The translations under genes were made by a program, and so were the position numbers. 64,000 nucleotides of DNA from Geosiphon pyriformis uo1 (taxonomy: Eukaryota; Fungi; Glomeromycota), in contig JAAOMT010000197.1 in assembly GCA_016748015.1 (NCBI GenBank), positions 406,388 through 470,387 on the forward strand, in the 5' to 3' direction. Each line of letters starts with the position of its first letter. The stretch's first letter is position 1. The notes below the pieces were generated by a model. The model saw only the letters and a list, made by a program, of their open reading frames with translations, searched no databases and was not told the origin of the DNA. Positions 60,648 to 64,000 of the stretch are shown piece by piece.

Positions 60648-62814
60648 TTATAAGATGGTTCCTCTATAATATGGTTTCGATGGTGATATAGCATGTCCAA
60701 ATGATGTCGTTAATGAATCGTGATCTTGATAGGTTTTTGAAAACTCGGTCGACAACGTTGAGTTTGGTGCAAGAAAGTTGAATAGTGGAAGGGATGATGT
60801 TGCACCAGATGTACGAGATGATAATAAATTGGCTTGAGATGGAGGCCTTCCATGAAAAGATGCAGCAGAAGCGTGCAAAGGACTTGATGCAGGGGAAGAT
60901 GACATGAATTCTTTCGTCAATTCTGCAGAAATTGGTGGTAGAATAACATTCTCTGAAGAATTTTTTCCTCCTGAAAAAATCAATGGTGAATTTGGACTTG
61001 AAGGGATCAATGGCTCTACTTTGAGCCTCTTTGATTCAAGAGCTGTAAGTGATGATGGAGGAGGTAATATATGGCTTGTTGTTTCAATCGAAGTTTGATT
61101 ACCGAATGTCAAATGAGATGTAGAATCGTTTGAGGAGTGAGTAACTGAGGTTGATGAAGGAGGATTAACTGTGGTTACGGTGGTGGACGTTATCGAATAA
61201 TTTGTGACGGTTGCATCGCTCTTTTCGTTTGTTAAAAGTGAAATCCCCTTGTTTGAATTCAATTCCGCTCGCATGGTTTCATTTTCTGTTTGTAAATTCT
61301 ACATGGAATTCCAAGAAATCAGAATTTTTGTTTTGATGAGTTTCTTCATGAGATCGGAAAATAAAGATTTGTTTTAGCAAAAAAGGGTCATTGTAAAATA
61401 ATCTATAACTAATTAACAATTTTCTATTCAGCGTATTGCTTCATAGGGACTTTGTGAAATTTGTGTTGGCTAAATCTGTATGAATTGAATTGAATTGAAG
61501 GTTACCTTAATATATTCTACAGCGCGTCTCAAAATACTGCCTTTATTCGGTTTTGCCCCTGGGGTATAAGCAACTGGCATGAGAAGGGATATTTCAAAAA
61601 TAGTATTGTTGATATTGTTTCTTCTTTTCCTTTCTACATTATTATGATTTTCTCTTCGACGCTTAAGACGTTCCATAGCAGTCTAAACAGGTAACATAGT
61701 TTGAGCAAGAATAATAAATTTGAGTTTTTTGAGCGATATTCAGCCTAACAAATCAGATGTGAAATTATGACGCGAAGCGTATATCAAAGTTTAATATTCT
61801 CGATTAAAAGTGATCATTATAAACTTTCGCTTGCTACACGTTTAAAAAAATAGGTACATTACCTGCATATCAAGACTATTTCTGTGATACAATTAAAAAT
61901 TTGATGGGAAATGGTAAAAGGCAAATGAGAATTAATTGAAAAGCGCATGAAAAAAACGAGTTTTTTTTTTTTTTTTTTTTTTGAAAAAGAATCTGTTTAT
62001 TTGACAATAGATTACCGAAAATTAAAGATAAAGTTATCTTTTCCGGTTCACTCTGACACCTTTTATTTTTTTACCCATCACCAATCACCGGGCAAAGAGT
62101 GGTAGTACCTAGTCGAGTTTTTCATGAGCGACAAAAAAGCTGGTTATTTGAACTCGGAGATGACAAGCCCCGATTGACTCGTAAAAATTCATTTTGTCAT
62201 ATGACTAATGGAGCCGACATGATCGGCGATCGGTGGTGGGTCAAGAAAAGGTGACCCGAGTGGTTCAAATATGATACTTTTGCAAATCACATGTTTTGAT
62301 TGGTAAAAGGAAAAGCATGATAATACCTGTTAAGAATATTAACCCCATTTACACGATACTGTAATTGTTTCTTTTCCTTTGACTTTTTCTTTGCCATTTC
62401 TTGAGGAGCAAGTTCCGAAGTGAAATTAAGAAATAGTGGTTGATTATTTTGGTGTTGACGAGTCAAATCTTGCATTTCATAATCATCCTCATCATCACTA
62501 TAATCTTCATCCGCAGAAGGGGAGGCATCTCTTGACATTGTCGCAGAAGAATCATAGTAAGTCTCCTGAGAGTCGACTACAGGTTTTGTGTTTAAGTAGA
62601 GTTGTAGGTGATCTTTTTTGACGTTTGGAAAGAATTTATCCGATCCGTCTGGCATATGAACACGAACGTGAGCATTTTGGTTATAAGTGTTAGGTTGCCA
62701 CTCGGCAATGATTCCTCCCTGTGAGATACAATCTGGAAGACTATGACTATGGTGATCTTGTTGTTCATAATGTAACGCGTCAGACACGTTTTTAGGTGGA
62801 GCTGGCATTCTCAT
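60648..62814 (-). CDS. bHLH(-zipper) transcription factor, E-box-binding group B type
   Basis: Exons 62814-62327, 61881-61863, 61682-61506 and 61298-60648 splice in frame at GT-AG sites, giving '...VNILNRNSLDMQTAMERLKRRRENHNNVERKRRNNINNTIFEISLLMP...KPNKGSILRRAVEYIKNLQTENETMRAEL'. H-E-R basic signature. The true start could lie further upstream. Confidence 0.9.
62049..62271 (-). other. Structured intronic element in bHLH intron 1
   Basis: GC-richer island with several complementary segment pairs, including an 18-nt helix with G-U pairs on the transcribed strand (see findings). Confidence 0.55.
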
Positions 62815-63646
62815 GTAGATGTAGGTATACAGTGTTAAATAAGGAGTAATACTTTGAGGGGTTTATAATAAAATTAAATTATTTGGTGGATGACCACAAA
62901 GATCAGTAAGATATGGAAATTGTCAAGAATGAATTTCGAGAAGAAAAAATGGTGGCGAAGGAAATGTGGAAAGAATAAGCTTGTAGAAAGAGAGAAAGCC
63001 CAGAAAGCAAGCGAAGAGATTAAGTAATTAACGTGCGAAATAATTCAAGTACTTTTCAAGTACTTGAATTAACTAGTATGGTACAAATCTAAGTGGAAGA
63101 ATAGACTGTATAAACCGGAAAACGAATTTTAAACAGAAACATCAGATATTTGTATGTTTTTTTTTTTACATGAGAGATGACATTTTGTTACACCATTGTC
63201 GCCATTTATCAAAAATTCCAAAACCTTTTATCAGAGGAGAGAGATTGTAAAATTAAAAGAGGATCCGATTAAAAAAAATTTTTTTTTTTGAAATAAAACT
63301 AATATAAGAAAGGTAATAATTTTCAGAATTTATATATTCTGAAATAAAAGACCGGGGAACGTGTTAAATGCGCATGAGTGAAAAATCCCAAGCATTGTGT
63401 CTTGATTAGAATCAGTTGAGATCAAAAAATTAATAATTTATCGTTCCGAATTGAGGTCATTCAATGTAATAGATAAAAAGAAAGTGGGAATCTCAATTGA
63501 AGATGAAATGCATGCTCTGTTGATTTGATAAGTTCAAAATGGAAAAATTTTACTTTAAAATGGAAAAAGTAGGGTTATATGACAACATGCATCGATAAAT
63601 AACTTTGGGGAAAGAAGGATCATGATTTTTTTATCGATATTAATAG

Positions 63647-63712
<66 letters not shown>

Positions 63713-63768
63713 TTTATTATCATTATTTTGAAAACCAAAACCCTTTGACATACGAATTATTTAGTCCA

Positions 63769-63811
<43 letters not shown>
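63647..63811. repeat. Opposed (TAT)n and (TAA)n microsatellites
   Basis: (TAT)n ~63647-63727 and (TAA)n ~63772-63811 separated by ~45 nt. Confidence 0.9.
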
Positions 63812-63838
63812 TCTTTTTCTCAAAGTGAAACTGCGCAC

Positions 63839-63915
63839 TTTTTGACATTCACGACACGCGCGACTGATCCGAATATATTCTTGTTTTTCTGTTTGATTTT
63901 TTTTTCGGATTGTAT
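63839..63915 (-). CDS. Possible exon encoding the start of a Zn(II)2Cys6 domain
   Basis: 'RISRACRECQK' fits the R-x-x-x-A-C-x-x-C opening of fungal zinc clusters and is followed by a GT donor (gtgcgc). I could not find the downstream exon with the remaining cysteines. Confidence 0.35.
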
Positions 63916-64000
63916 ACAATAGAAATGCAGACAATTTGAACGACGTAATATGATGAACAGGAAAAGACAAGCAAAGCAAGGAGTCAAAACAACTTTGATA

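Noticed and set aside
62049-62271. Intronic element as a TPP riboswitch or spliceosomal snRNA
   Set aside because: Lacks the CUGAGA and other TPP aptamer motifs and the conserved U1/U2/U4/U5/U6 sequences; kept as an unassigned structure.

Overview
Very AT-rich eukaryotic DNA with spliceosomal introns. It is most likely fungal; the repeat families resemble those I recall from Glomeromycotina such as Geosiphon (inference, not verified). The window has two compartments. (1) ~1-52,000 is a nested retroelement graveyard that can be taken apart using target-site duplications (TSDs). It holds three Ty3/Gypsy elements of one lineage (near-intact 4130-14120, decayed 32544-51197, nearly erased ~2750-31110), five solo LTRs plus one truncated LTR, four RNase H-bearing LINEs, and two copies of an ORF1-only non-autonomous LINE derivative that shares the LINE 3' end. 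The Gypsy lineage has an unusual layout: gag-PR-Cys-rich domain-dUTPase-RT-RH, a stop, integrase in its own ORF, then a third non-env ORF, with 4-bp TSDs. The repeats show near-exclusive C:G>T:A decay in all dinucleotide contexts. (2) ~52,400-64,000 is a gene island on the minus strand: a DNAJB6-like Hsp40 with a Q-rich tail, a His/Gln-rich protein with a SAM-like domain, a bHLH-zipper transcription factor, and a possible Zn2Cys6 fragment. The first intron of the bHLH gene contains a GC-richer ~220-nt element with two mutually exclusive sets of helices around a cryptic stop-containing exon. All alignments and counts were done by eye.
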